64,000 bases of DNA from an uncultured candidate division Zixibacteria bacterium. GTDB lineage: Bacteria; Zixibacteria; MSB-5A5; SM1-73. This document shows positions 19,207 through 28,578 of the stretch, piece by piece. Each line of letters begins with the position of its first letter. The first letter of the stretch is position 1. The stretch is taken from assembly GCA_903908285.1 (NCBI GenBank), contig CAIVRH010000014.1, positions 57,991-121,990 on the forward strand. The letters run 5' to 3'. The translations under genes were made by a program, and so were the position numbers. The notes below the pieces were generated by a model that ran no database searches, was not told the DNA's origin, and saw only the letters and a list, made by a program, of their open reading frames with translations.

Positions 19207-21453
19207 TTATCCTGAACAGGGGGCGGATCCGCTTCTGTAAAGGTAATTGAGCAAGAAAATCACGTCCGTGATATCAACCAGGGTGTCCATGTTGACATCC
19301 CCCAATCCTATCGGATCCGGCGGCGAGCCTGCTTTGTACAGGTAATTGATAAGATAGATTAAATCCGCTACATCAATCTGTCCGTCCCGATTAGCATCCC
19401 CGCACGCAAAGGAGATATCCACTTCTTTCTGAGAAGGGATGTAGTTCTGTTTGGTAACGGTTACGTACATATACCCTTCCGTCGAGGAGGGGGAAGGTGT
19501 AAAAGTGACATCTCCACCGGCATCGGTAAAAGCCGTTAGATAGACCTCGTTGGACTTCCACAAACAAACATACGCCTGGTCTACCGGAACACCGGCAGTA
19601 GCATCCTCCACATGCACCGGAAAGGATGAACTTCCCCCGGGAGCAGTGGAAGCACAGGTGACCGTAAAACTATCCAGCGAATCAGTCCAAACCGGCATCT
19701 CCGGCTCGCCCAAGAGATTGAACTCCCATTCACAGTATCTCATATAATTATCGGTATTGGCATAATGATGCTTGGCATCCGCTAAGGTTTGACCCAGGTG
19801 GTGCATGCTGCGGCTGAACAGGCTCACCCACCACTGCTTGTCCAAGCCGGCAGAAAGACTAAAGGGTTGTCCGGAATAGAATAGCCCGTTACGGGTATTG
19901 CCGTTGAATGCCACCCCAGCTTGATTGGAGTTGTACATGACAAAACGTTCCGAAATACAATCACTGGCATCCATATGATTGACTTCACAGGCGAGGGAAA
20001 CTAATATGGACAACTGGTTATCGTTGGTCAGCGCATCCACATCGCTAATACCGATGGACCAGGTATGGTGATAGTCGCCGGTACACATAACGGTGATATT
20101 GCCATGGTCGGCGTGATTTACCAGATTTTGACCGGCATTGAGGGCGTTGATGACCGCGGTTCTGTGGTTGGTAGATTGGCTGTCATAGACTTTGGTTACG
20201 TTAAACTGGGCTGGAATATACGCGTCGATACTGTCCTTTAACATTTCCTCCCGGGTAGAGCCATCCACATCCATTCCGATAAGTAAAACATCCAATGAAA
20301 AATCGGTTCGAGGAGGATCTTTTTCATACTTAAGAACCTTGTTTACGAAGAGAGTAACCTCGGCAGTGCTCCCGACTGTAGCTCTACCCACGAAAACCTC
20401 GTTGGTCCAATCATTGTCATAGTCGGAGTAATACTGATCGCTGGGCGCGCTTTGGTCGTAATATAAACGGTAGCCAAACGGAACCGTCGCAGTTTCACCA
20501 CCGAGGAGAAAATAAGTGGTTCCCCAGTTAGTGGCAGCATCCATGACAAAGGCACGCACTTTCTGGGTGTCTGCACCGGTGTAGTTGGCGTAGATCCATG
20601 CCTTGGTTATGACCGTATCTCTTACCCCTTTCTGGTTATGCCAATCGACCAAAGGTTGAAAGGAGGAAGCATAAGCGGAGTCTGTAATGATGACATGGGC
20701 AAAAGGTCCTCCCGGGGGTATCATGGAAGTAGCCATTTTCAAACCTTGGACCAATTGAACTGCCTCGGGGTTATTCACCATTCCCTTTACCATCTGCTCG
20801 TAGGTTCTCCTATCACTTTCCGGAAGTTTGGATGAAAGGTAATCTCCGCATTCGTATCCGCTAACTCCTTCGATCTCGATGGTGATGGAGGAAAAGTAGC
20901 TAAGCTGTTTTTGGCTGGGAATGTAACTGAGAGGAAATATCTCCACCACTGCCATGCTTTGACCGGCTAAATCCGTCTGGTTGACAAACTGCACTAATTC
21001 TGCAGGATATGGCTGGGAAGAAGAATAGGTCTGGGCGTCAGGTGGAATGAAATCTGCATTGGTTGGGGATTGGCTGGTTAGCAACGGAAGTTGGGCTGGA
21101 TAGATATTATACACACCAGGGATTTGCACTTCGGTCTGGCTAACCACCCGTACACTATTAACCGCCATTCCGGAGGGGAGGGCAATTATGATCTCCTTGG
21201 TTGGCAACATCGGTTTTCCCAGCTCTGAGAGCCAGTTACCGTCTTTGAGATTTACCATATCATAATCATTCAGCTGGCTGAATGAAAAGTCGTCTTTAGA
21301 AAACTGGGCAGTATACCTAACGGAAAGTGCATCTTTACCGTCGGCAGCTACGGCTTGTGCCGAGACAAGATCAACCCACAATAGAGTGGATACAAACAAC
21401 AACAGCAGAGAAACAAAAATCGCCCCGGTAGAAAATGATATGGATTTATTCAT
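19207..21453 (-). CDS. Gingipain-like cysteine peptidase (family C25) with C-terminal type-I dockerin
   Basis: Start at MNKSISF after an AAGGAGA Shine-Dalgarno, with signal peptide. Catalytic His/Cys context HADHGNITVMCTGDYHH...LVSLACEVNHMD. C-terminus GDANRDGQIDVADLIYLINYLYKAGSPP...GDVNMDTLVDITDVIFLLNYLYRSGSAPC. Confidence 0.7.
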   Translation of the reverse strand: MNKSISFSTGAIFVSLLLLFVSTLLWVDLVSAQAVAADGKDALSVRYTAQFSKDDFSFSQLNDYDMVNLKDGNWLSELGKPMLPTKEIIIALPSGMAVNSVRVVSQTEVQIPGVYNIYPAQLPLLTSQSPTNADFIPPDAQTYSSSQPYPAELVQFVNQTDLAGQSMAVVEIFPLSYIPSQKQLSYFSSITIEIEGVSGYECGDYLSSKLPESDRRTYEQMVKGMVNNPEAVQLVQGLKMATSMIPPGGPFAHVIITDSAYASSFQPLVDWHNQKGVRDTVITKAWIYANYTGADTQKVRAFVMDAATNWGTTYFLLGGETATVPFGYRLYYDQSAPSDQYYSDYDNDWTNEVFVGRATVGSTAEVTLFVNKVLKYEKDPPRTDFSLDVLLIGMDVDGSTREEMLKDSIDAYIPAQFNVTKVYDSQSTNHRTAVINALNAGQNLVNHADHGNITVMCTGDYHHTWSIGISDVDALTNDNQLSILVSLACEVNHMDASDCISERFVMYNSNQAGVAFNGNTRNGLFYSGQPFSLSAGLDKQWWVSLFSRSMHHLGQTLADAKHHYANTDNYMRYCEWEFNLLGEPEMPVWTDSLDSFTVTCASTAPGGSSSFPVHVEDATAGVPVDQAYVCLWKSNEVYLTAFTDAGGDVTFTPSPSSTEGYMYVTVTKQNYIPSQKEVDISFACGDANRDGQIDVADLIYLINYLYKAGSPPDPIGLGDVNMDTLVDITDVIFLLNYLYRSGSAPCSG

Positions 21454-21631
21454 CCAGTTCTCCTTGGAGGTTAGGTTGGTGAATAGGAACAAAAAAAAGA
21501 GATTTCGAGAAGGGTCATAGGGAATTTCTTCCAAATAATGAACAGCCTTAATTAATACGTTAATACTCTTAAATATAATTTAACTAAATTCCTGAATTTG
21601 TCAAAGGTTTTCTAATACTAAAATCACTCGA

Positions 21632-21903
21632 GTGCTTGGTTTCAAAGATGTAAATGTCAAACGCCTAAAGGCTTCTGATCTAAAACTGCGGTGCGTACTC
21701 TACATGCCCACCCTGGTGGCGGTCCAATTCAACCCCCTGCTTAAAAGATTCTATCAACGCCTGCTGGAAAAAGGCAAAGCCAAAAAAGTAGCTCTGATTG
21801 CTTGTATGCGAAACTCCTCAACATCATCCGGGCTATACTCATCAAACGCACTCCCTTCAATCCTAATTATCAATTCTTGACATGAAGGAAAGTATCCACC
21901 AGT
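21632..21903 (+). mobile_element. Remnant of the 3' end of an IS110-family (IS116/IS110/IS902, DEDD) transposase gene, frameshifted
   Basis: Translation LRCVLYMPTLVAVQFNPLLKRFYQRLLEKGKAKKVALIACMR matches the conserved IS110 transposase C-terminus ([42 protein letters not shown]). The continuation KLLNIIRAILIKRTPFNP is in the +1 frame after a short A-run. No N-terminal catalytic part is present. Confidence 0.6.
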
Positions 21904-22604
21904 TACCGGCTGATATTACTGATGTTACTGGCCTTTCTGATGATCGTTTCAATTTCCCTCCAGATATCTCACAGCATGAGATAAGTCATTCATAACAAAG
22001 GAATAGCGGATTTGCCATGCCGGTGTTTCTGATGTTTCTGATGTTTCTGACGTTTGTTTTTGATTTTTTTCATTTTTCGAAAGAGTGATTGAGGTTTAAG
22101 GCTCTCCATCATAGGCGGAACCGCTTATGGCGGAAAGGGTTCAAGGATTCAAATTTAAATTTATAAGTACATATCAGAATAAAGGTTTTTAACATATAGG
22201 AGATCCTCGACCAAAGGGAGAGATTCCCGAATACTTTTCGTCAACATTGACTCTCACCTATAAGGGGGATATCATTTTCAACACCGAAGTGGTATCAATT
22301 TTGTAATTGGGGGTAGGGAAGGAAAAGGGTTAGGTTTTTCCATTTGATCATATTGTCAGGAGCCTTAGGGCTCCTGACCGACCGGCTACCGTCTGAAAAC
22401 AGAAGAAAAGAATTATGCAGGCAAGTAATTTATGCGGTCTATTTCAAGCCTTCCTATAGTTTGCCTTCTCCCTAAACCAGGGAGAATAGTTGATTACATG
22501 AGAAATTCAATTGATTACCCCCTTTTGTTGATATGATGTGAAGATATGATTAAAGTTACATTAAGCCTCCTTTGTTCAAATGTTTGGGAATGAATAATGT
22601 TGTT

Positions 22605-23697
22605 TTATTTCTTTTGTTTCGATGGCTTAGATTTAGTAATAGGTATTTTCTCACTCACCCATATATCACCGCTCCCTACCCCGCCAGGCCTGCCGCCAAC
22701 AAAATAAAGTCTTCTTCCATCAGCAGTGATATAAGACCATCCGGCTCCAATTGAATCATTTATCTGCGGTCCTAAACGTCTTGCTCTACCCCAACCAGTG
22801 CCAGTCCACTGAGAAACACATATATAATAAGTATGGTTAGGGCCTCCCCATCGGGTGAAATAGATCGTTTGGTTGTCTGCTGTCACGCTGGCATGTTTTT
22901 CATACAGGGTAGAATTAACCGTGGTATCTAACCAGACCGGTGTGTCCCATTCTGAACCATTCCATTCCGAAACCCAAATGCCCCAACCATTGCTAAAGTA
23001 AAGTTTCGAGCCATCCGGAGATACAAAGAGGCTCCGCTCCGGTGGCGTTGATGATCGGTCCCAAATTGTTTAAAACACCCCACTCATGGTGAACACTATC
23101 CCAGGTGGAAACCCAGATCTCCCATCCTCCATTTCCGCCGGGCCTGGCAAACTCAACGCAATAAAGCTGCTTGCCGTCCGGTGAAAGACAAGGTCCTAAG
23201 TCTTCAAGCATGGTGTTCACATTAGGTCCGCAATTCTGCGGCTCCGACCAGGAACCGGATACGCTGTCCCAGAAAGAATACCAGATGTCGTTGTTGCCAT
23301 AACTTCCGGGTCGGTTTGATGACCAGACCGCCATCCTTCCATCCGGGGTGGTGCGAAATGATTCCTCGCCATTATGACTATTAATCGGCAGTCCCAGGTT
23401 CACCGGCTCGCTCCAGCCACAATCCACTATATCCGGCTTTTTTCCTTCTTTAAAAAGATAGTCAATCAAATACACCACATCCCCCACATCAATCACACAG
23501 TCGGCGGTGGGGTCGCCACACTCATAAACCATCGGTGGCGGTCCATTCTTAAAAAGATAGTTGATCTCATACACCACGTCCCCCACATCCACCAAGCTGT
23601 CATCATTCACGTCGCCCGGCAACTGTGCCTGGGTGACAGATATTGACACCAAAAGGATGAAACTGAAGAGCAACAAGGAATTGACCAATCTCAGCAT
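22605..23697 (-). pseudogene. Frameshifted paralog of the dockerin-PD40 protein at 55075..56226 (signal peptide, N-terminal dockerin, TolB-like PD40 beta-propeller)
   Basis: ORF 22993..23697 (signal, GDVNDDSLVDVGDVVYEINYLFKNG dockerin, PD40 repeats) and ORF 22605..22886 align to the N- and C-terminal parts of the 55075 protein. The middle (SPDGSKLYFSNGWGIWVSEW) is readable only in the frame of the downstream ORF. That implies a single 1-nt indel near 23035-23050. Confidence 0.55.
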
Positions 23698-24009
23698 AAG
23701 ATTCCCCTCGTCTTTTATCTATGTTTACCAATTATAGTATAACTTACCGACATATTTTGTCAACTACTTATTTTGATATTTTGGGGAGGGAAATGGGTAT
23801 GAGGATAGCTAAATTGTATTATCTTATTGTCAATCACTATGTCAGGAGCCTAAGGGCTAATAACCTATTCGGCTGTCGAGTCTAAAGCTACATTTGTCAG
23901 GCAAAATCCGCTTGCTTTTTAAGAAACTATAACTATATTGGGACTGCAAAATAAAAACTTTACAATTCGGAATACCTCTTTTTGCCTACTCCAAAAACCG
24001 GAGGTTCCT

Positions 24010-25551
24010 ATGCGTTCTCTAACGATTATAATTTGCACTATCCTCATTCCCTGCTCTTTTTATCATGCACGATCAACCGAAATCCATGCCGGATCAGAGG
24101 CGACTCCCCAGATACTCTGGTGGTACGATTTGAATGCTCCCTCTTTCGGGTCATCCGCGGTTGGTGATATCGATCATGATGGAAAATTGGAAATCGTTTT
24201 CGGAACCTATTTCAATGACGAATATATTTATGCCTTGAATGCCGACAGCGGCACTCTTCTGTGGAGATATAACACCGGGGGCTGCAATGATGCTTCTCCT
24301 GCAATAGCTGACGTCGACTTAGACGGTGCTTTAGAAGTGATCGTGCCCGCATCCTCCCCTTGCAGGATTTATTGTTTCAATGGAGCCAACGGAGCAGTCA
24401 AATGGTCAATTTCCACCAGCTCAAACTCCATCGACTCTCCGCCAGCGGTCGCAGATGTGGATAACGATGGTAAACCAGAAGTGATTTTTGGCACCTTCTA
24501 TGGCTACGTTTACTGCCTTAATGGTGAGGATGGAAGCCAATGCTGGCGCATCAACCTGGGAACCAGCAGTTACATTCAGTCCGAACCTAATATCCTCGAC
24601 GTTAATCAGGATGGGCAGTTGGATGTGGTAGTGGCTCAATGGGCCGGCAATAACCGGGTCTATGCCTTACGAGGAAACAATGGCTCCACTTTGTGGTATT
24701 CCGACTTGCCCAACGATGATATGTATCATGGCGGTTCCTTTGCGGATATTGACGAAGATGGCAAACCGGAGATCGCCATTGGCTGTTACGATAATAATCT
24801 TTATGTGTTAAATGGTGAAGATGGCAGTCTCAGGTGGCAATATACCGCACCTTATTACATCGGTGCACCTACCTCCATGGCTGACCTCAATAATGACGAT
24901 CACCTGGAGATAGTCATCGCTTCCTACAATATCATAAGAGCTTTATCTCATACCGGGAGCATGCTCTGGAGCTATACTGCGGGTGGTGGTTCATTTCGCG
25001 GATCTGCCATCGCGGATATCGATGGCAACGGCATTCTCGATGTCGCATTCGGTGCAGACGATGGCATTCTTAGAGTGTTAAGAGGTGATAGTGGTCAGGT
25101 AGTCTGGACTTATAATCTGCAAGCCCATTATGGAAGAACTTTTGAGATGGACCATGCGCCGGTGATTGCAGATTTTAATAATGATGGCAAACTGGATATT
25201 TTCATCATAGGCGGATATGGAACTTCCTCTCCGCCCAGTTCGAACCATGGGCGGGCTTATGCGCTTTCTGCCGGAAATGGCACAGGTCCCGGTTGGCCTA
25301 TGTTTCGACACGATCTCAGGCACAGCGGTAACTTTTATGGTTTCGTCTCTTTCATCCGGGGTGACGCTAACGGCGATAGTATTGTAACTGTCAGCGACGT
25401 GGTTTATCTGATTAACTATCTTTTCCATGGTGGCACACCGCCTGAACCGTTGGATGCTGGAGATGCCAATTCCGATCACACGGTTGACATTACGGATGTG
25501 GTATATTTGATCAACTACCTCTTCAAAGGTGGTCCACCTCCATGCAAATAA
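24010..25551 (+). CDS. Secreted FG-GAP/integrin-alpha-like beta-propeller protein with C-terminal type-I dockerin
   Basis: GGAGG Shine-Dalgarno and signal peptide MRSLTIIICTILIPCSF. Eight blades of D(I/V)DxDGKxE(I/V) (DIDHDGKLEIV, DVDNDGKPEVIF, DFNNDGKLDIFI and others). C-terminus RGDANGDSIVTVSDVVYLINYLFHGGTPP...GDANSDHTVDITDVVYLINYLFKGGPPPC. Confidence 0.75.
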   Translation: MRSLTIIICTILIPCSFYHARSTEIHAGSEATPQILWWYDLNAPSFGSSAVGDIDHDGKLEIVFGTYFNDEYIYALNADSGTLLWRYNTGGCNDASPAIADVDLDGALEVIVPASSPCRIYCFNGANGAVKWSISTSSNSIDSPPAVADVDNDGKPEVIFGTFYGYVYCLNGEDGSQCWRINLGTSSYIQSEPNILDVNQDGQLDVVVAQWAGNNRVYALRGNNGSTLWYSDLPNDDMYHGGSFADIDEDGKPEIAIGCYDNNLYVLNGEDGSLRWQYTAPYYIGAPTSMADLNNDDHLEIVIASYNIIRALSHTGSMLWSYTAGGGSFRGSAIADIDGNGILDVAFGADDGILRVLRGDSGQVVWTYNLQAHYGRTFEMDHAPVIADFNNDGKLDIFIIGGYGTSSPPSSNHGRAYALSAGNGTGPGWPMFRHDLRHSGNFYGFVSFIRGDANGDSIVTVSDVVYLINYLFHGGTPPEPLDAGDANSDHTVDITDVVYLINYLFKGGPPPCK

Positions 25552-25608
25552 CAGAAGACAAAACAAAATGTTCTTGATCCATTAACCCCAAAACCGGAGG
25601 TATGCAAA

Positions 25609-27600
25609 ATGAAAGCCTCACGTTCGCTTTCGTGCCTTATTGGAGTTTGTATTCTCTTGGCAATCGGTTTTTTCATTTTCCCGATTGCAAGCTCCTTCGC
25701 TGCCGTGCCGCAGCTGATTAACTACCAGGGTAAGCTGACCAAAGCTTCTGGTGCACCAGTAGACACGACCATCTCAATGGTCTATACTATCTATTCAGAC
25801 TCAAATGGTATAACTTCTAAGTGGAGCGAAACGCAAACATCAGTTAAAGTAGAGAAAGGAATATTTAATGTTTTGTTGGGGAGTACGATTGCTATTCCCG
25901 ATTCGGTTTTTGATGGCAATATCCGATATCTGGGTGTGAAAGTTGGAAGCGACCCGGAGATAACACCAAGAAAGGCGATGGTGAGCGTGCCTTATGCTTA
26001 TCGTGCAGCATCAGGTGGAGGCGGAAGTGATAATAAATGGATCTTCCGGATAACTGATACTGCCGACACAAGTATAACAACCGGCGGTAACTGGGGCATT
26101 GCCCGGCGCGGTGCAACTTTGTTCGGGGATATGGACTCCACGCATGTTAATCTTGGAGTTTCCTGCACCACAGGTGTAAGTACCCATAGTAACAAGTATT
26201 GCACTGTTGCAGGAGGACTCGCTAACACAGCCAACGAATCAGCTACAACTGTGGGAGGGGGATATCGCAATATGGCCAGTGGTTTTATTGCAACGGTGGC
26301 AGGAGGTGACAGCAATGTTGCTAGTAACAACTTTACAACTGTAGGAGGTGGGCATGTAAACACCGCCAGCGGTCCGTATTCGTTTGTAGCAGGTGGATTT
26401 CGTAACACCGCCAGTGGTTATGCTGCAACCGTGGGAGGTGGAAACGGCAACATCGCCAGCAGCTGGGATGCAACGGTGGGGGGTGGACAGGGCAACTTTG
26501 CCAGCGGAAGTCATGCAACCGTGGGAGGTGGATTTTCCAACACCGCTAGCAACCCTTTTGCAACGGTAGGAGGTGGATTTTGGAACACTGCCAGTGGTGA
26601 TTCCTCAACCATAGGCGGGGGGGTGTGGAACACCGCCAACCGCCCTTATGCCATGGTAGGCGGTGGAAGTCACAACACCGCCAGCGGAGACTATGCAACG
26701 GTGGGAGGTGGATATTGCAACACTGCCAACCGATCCTATGCAACCGTAGGAGGTGGATATTCCAACACCGACAGCAGCGATGGTGGAACGGTGGGAGGTG
26801 GAATTAGCAATACTGCCAGCGGACAATATGCAACCGTGGGAGGCGGAGTGATGAACACCGCCAGCAGCTATCATGCAACCGTAGGAGGTGGAATTTTTAA
26901 CACCGCCAGCGGGTATGAGGCAACCGTAGGAGGTGGAGATCACAACACCGTCACCGGAAGCGATGCAACCGTGGGAGGTGGTAATTATAACTCCAATAGT
27001 GGCGATGGTTCCGCTATCCCAGGAGGAGGTTATGATACTCTGACCGTAGCAGCAGTGAATTCTATGGCATTTGGTTATATGGTTTATGTCAACAACTCCT
27101 ATAGGGTGATATTCTTTGACGGAACTATCAGTGGTAGGCTCGGCATAAACCGGGACGACCATGATGGCGGAATCTCTTATCCCATCCACGTTGGAACTAG
27201 CACCGCCAACGGTAACGGAGCCTATCTGACCGCTGGTGGTGTCTGGACCAATGGCTCTAGCCGCACATTTAAAGAAAAGTTTCAGACACTGAATAACCAG
27301 GAGCTTCTGGAGAAAATCTCCAGCTTGCCGGTAGAATCCTGGAATTATAAGAATTCGACGGAACGACATATCGGACCGGTGGCAGAGGATTTTGTGTCTG
27401 CTTTCGATGTAGGCGCTGTTAGAGAGGATGGCACCCGTGACAACAAATATCTCTCAACCGAGGACATAGCAGGTGTAGCTCTGGCAGGAGTAAAAGAGCT
27501 GATCAAGGAGAACCAAGAGCTAAAGCAAATGATCGAGCAACTCCAAAGGAACAATACCTTGTTGGAAGATAGATTAACCCATGTGGAAAAAACAAGATGA
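25609..27600 (+). CDS. Secreted fibre protein: N-terminal domain, about 14 Hep_Hag/YadA-head-like 20-aa repeats, C-terminal intramolecular-chaperone autoprocessing domain (Peptidase_S74-like)
   Basis: Signal peptide MKASRSLSCLIGVCILLAIGFFIFPIASSFA. Repeats of consensus (Y/H)ATVGGG(x)NTASG. C-terminus SSRTFKEKF...SWNYKNSTERHIGPVAEDF...coiled-coil LIKENQELKQMIEQLQ matches the endosialidase/tail-fibre chaperone domain, with a Ser...Lys spacing compatible with the catalytic dyad. Confidence 0.7.
   Translation: MKASRSLSCLIGVCILLAIGFFIFPIASSFAAVPQLINYQGKLTKASGAPVDTTISMVYTIYSDSNGITSKWSETQTSVKVEKGIFNVLLGSTIAIPDSVFDGNIRYLGVKVGSDPEITPRKAMVSVPYAYRAASGGGGSDNKWIFRITDTADTSITTGGNWGIARRGATLFGDMDSTHVNLGVSCTTGVSTHSNKYCTVAGGLANTANESATTVGGGYRNMASGFIATVAGGDSNVASNNFTTVGGGHVNTASGPYSFVAGGFRNTASGYAATVGGGNGNIASSWDATVGGGQGNFASGSHATVGGGFSNTASNPFATVGGGFWNTASGDSSTIGGGVWNTANRPYAMVGGGSHNTASGDYATVGGGYCNTANRSYATVGGGYSNTDSSDGGTVGGGISNTASGQYATVGGGVMNTASSYHATVGGGIFNTASGYEATVGGGDHNTVTGSDATVGGGNYNSNSGDGSAIPGGGYDTLTVAAVNSMAFGYMVYVNNSYRVIFFDGTISGRLGINRDDHDGGISYPIHVGTSTANGNGAYLTAGGVWTNGSSRTFKEKFQTLNNQELLEKISSLPVESWNYKNSTERHIGPVAEDFVSAFDVGAVREDGTRDNKYLSTEDIAGVALAGVKELIKENQELKQMIEQLQRNNTLLEDRLTHVEKTR
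26200..27030 (+). repeat. In-frame 60-nt tandem repeat array (about 14 units) inside the fibre gene
   Basis: Periodic ...caaccgt(g/a)ggaggtgg...aacac(c/t)gccagcgg... units visible in the DNA. They encode the TVGGGxxNTASG protein repeats. Confidence 0.8.
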
Positions 27601-27617
27601 TCACAGAGAGGTGTAAG

Positions 27618-28175
27618 ATGATAAGAACAAAATTTGTCTTTTGGGTGTGTTTGATCTTGATTCTTCTCCTCAATTTCGCTTTAGCGGTGAGTCTGGAAAG
27701 GACTTCAACTCAGATAAAGCCAAAGGAAGAACCAAAGACCAGAGATTTCTCCAATGCCAACCCCATAACGACTACCGAGGTGAATCAGACTCCCAGTAGT
27801 CTACCAACGTCAACCAATTTCATTATGGTTACAGATGTCTTGGATGGTTTTGGTGGTCAGAAGCAAGGTAATGCCTGCGATCTCTCCTTTTTTGCAGGTG
27901 GTCAATCTTCACCTATCGGTATGGGATCAAGCACAAATTTCAAGCTCTATGCTGGATTTGTCTATCCGGCAGTGGTGAATTGCGGCGATGCTAATGCGGA
28001 TGGGGTGATAGACGTGGGAGATCTGGTATATCTGATCAACTATCTTTTCAAAAGCGGACCCCTTCCCAAACCCTACCAGGCGGGTGATGCCAACTGCAGC
28101 GGAACTGTCGATATAGGTGACGTGGTATATTTGATCAATTACCTGTTCAAAGCCGGACCGCCACCAACCTGTTGA
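27618..28175 (+). CDS. Small secreted dockerin-only protein (about 185 aa)
   Basis: GAGAGGTG Shine-Dalgarno before ATG 27618. An ATGA overlap start at 27597 is also possible. Signal peptide MIRTKFVFWVCLILILLLNFALA. C-terminus CGDANADGVIDVGDLVYLINYLFKSGPLP...GDANCSGTVDIGDVVYLINYLFKAGPPPTC. Confidence 0.65.
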   Translation: MIRTKFVFWVCLILILLLNFALAVSLERTSTQIKPKEEPKTRDFSNANPITTTEVNQTPSSLPTSTNFIMVTDVLDGFGGQKQGNACDLSFFAGGQSSPIGMGSSTNFKLYAGFVYPAVVNCGDANADGVIDVGDLVYLINYLFKSGPLPKPYQAGDANCSGTVDIGDVVYLINYLFKAGPPPTC

Positions 28176-28206
28176 TTATAGAATAATATCCAGATCCAAA
28201 AGAACG

Positions 28207-28244
28207 AGCCGAATCTCTGACTTCAGAGGTTCGGCTGTTTTTCT
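28207..28244 (+). terminator. Rho-independent terminator
   Basis: agccgaatctctga cttc agaggttcggct followed by gtttttct. Confidence 0.65.
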
Positions 28245-28411
28245 GTGCTGGAAACTTGATTATCGTACTTTAAGTTGTACTATCAGGAGTTACGCTGTTG
28301 ATACGACTCTGTAAATATAACATTTAGATCGATTAAACTGACACAATTCTTTGTTTCACCCCATTTGGACAATTGCTCTCTCTTTTGCTTATAATTTTCT
28401 AAAAAAAACCG

Positions 28412-28440
28412 TTGACAAAGAAAAATTAATGTTTTAATAT
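28412..28440 (+). promoter_or_regulatory. Sigma70-type promoter (TTGACA-N17-TAATAT) upstream of the outer-membrane barrel gene
   Basis: Sequence gttgacaaagaaaaattaatgttttaatat, about 140 nt upstream of ATG 28579. Confidence 0.5.
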
Positions 28441-28578
28441 TGGAAAACCTCTGCGGGATTTTTATCCTTTCCCGTTAGATGAGGAAATGAATGGTCTTGG
28501 TTTGTACCGCATAAACAAACCAAAACCTTTAAGAGACTATAATGTCGTGTTAAACCTATAAAGAGTAAGAGGTGAAAA

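Noticed and set aside
26200-27030. Possible CRISPR array (regular 60-nt periodicity)
   Set aside because: Each whole unit is conserved, with no unique spacers. The array is in-frame within a long CDS with a signal peptide, and there are no cas genes. It is a protein-coding tandem repeat.
26605-27369. 254-aa ORF on the minus strand (plus several 60-136 aa ORFs) inside the fibre gene
   Set aside because: It lies entirely within the 60-nt tandem repeat array. Periodic DNA keeps antisense frames open. The sense frame has a signal peptide, coherent repeats and a recognisable C-terminal domain, so the antisense ORFs are artefacts.
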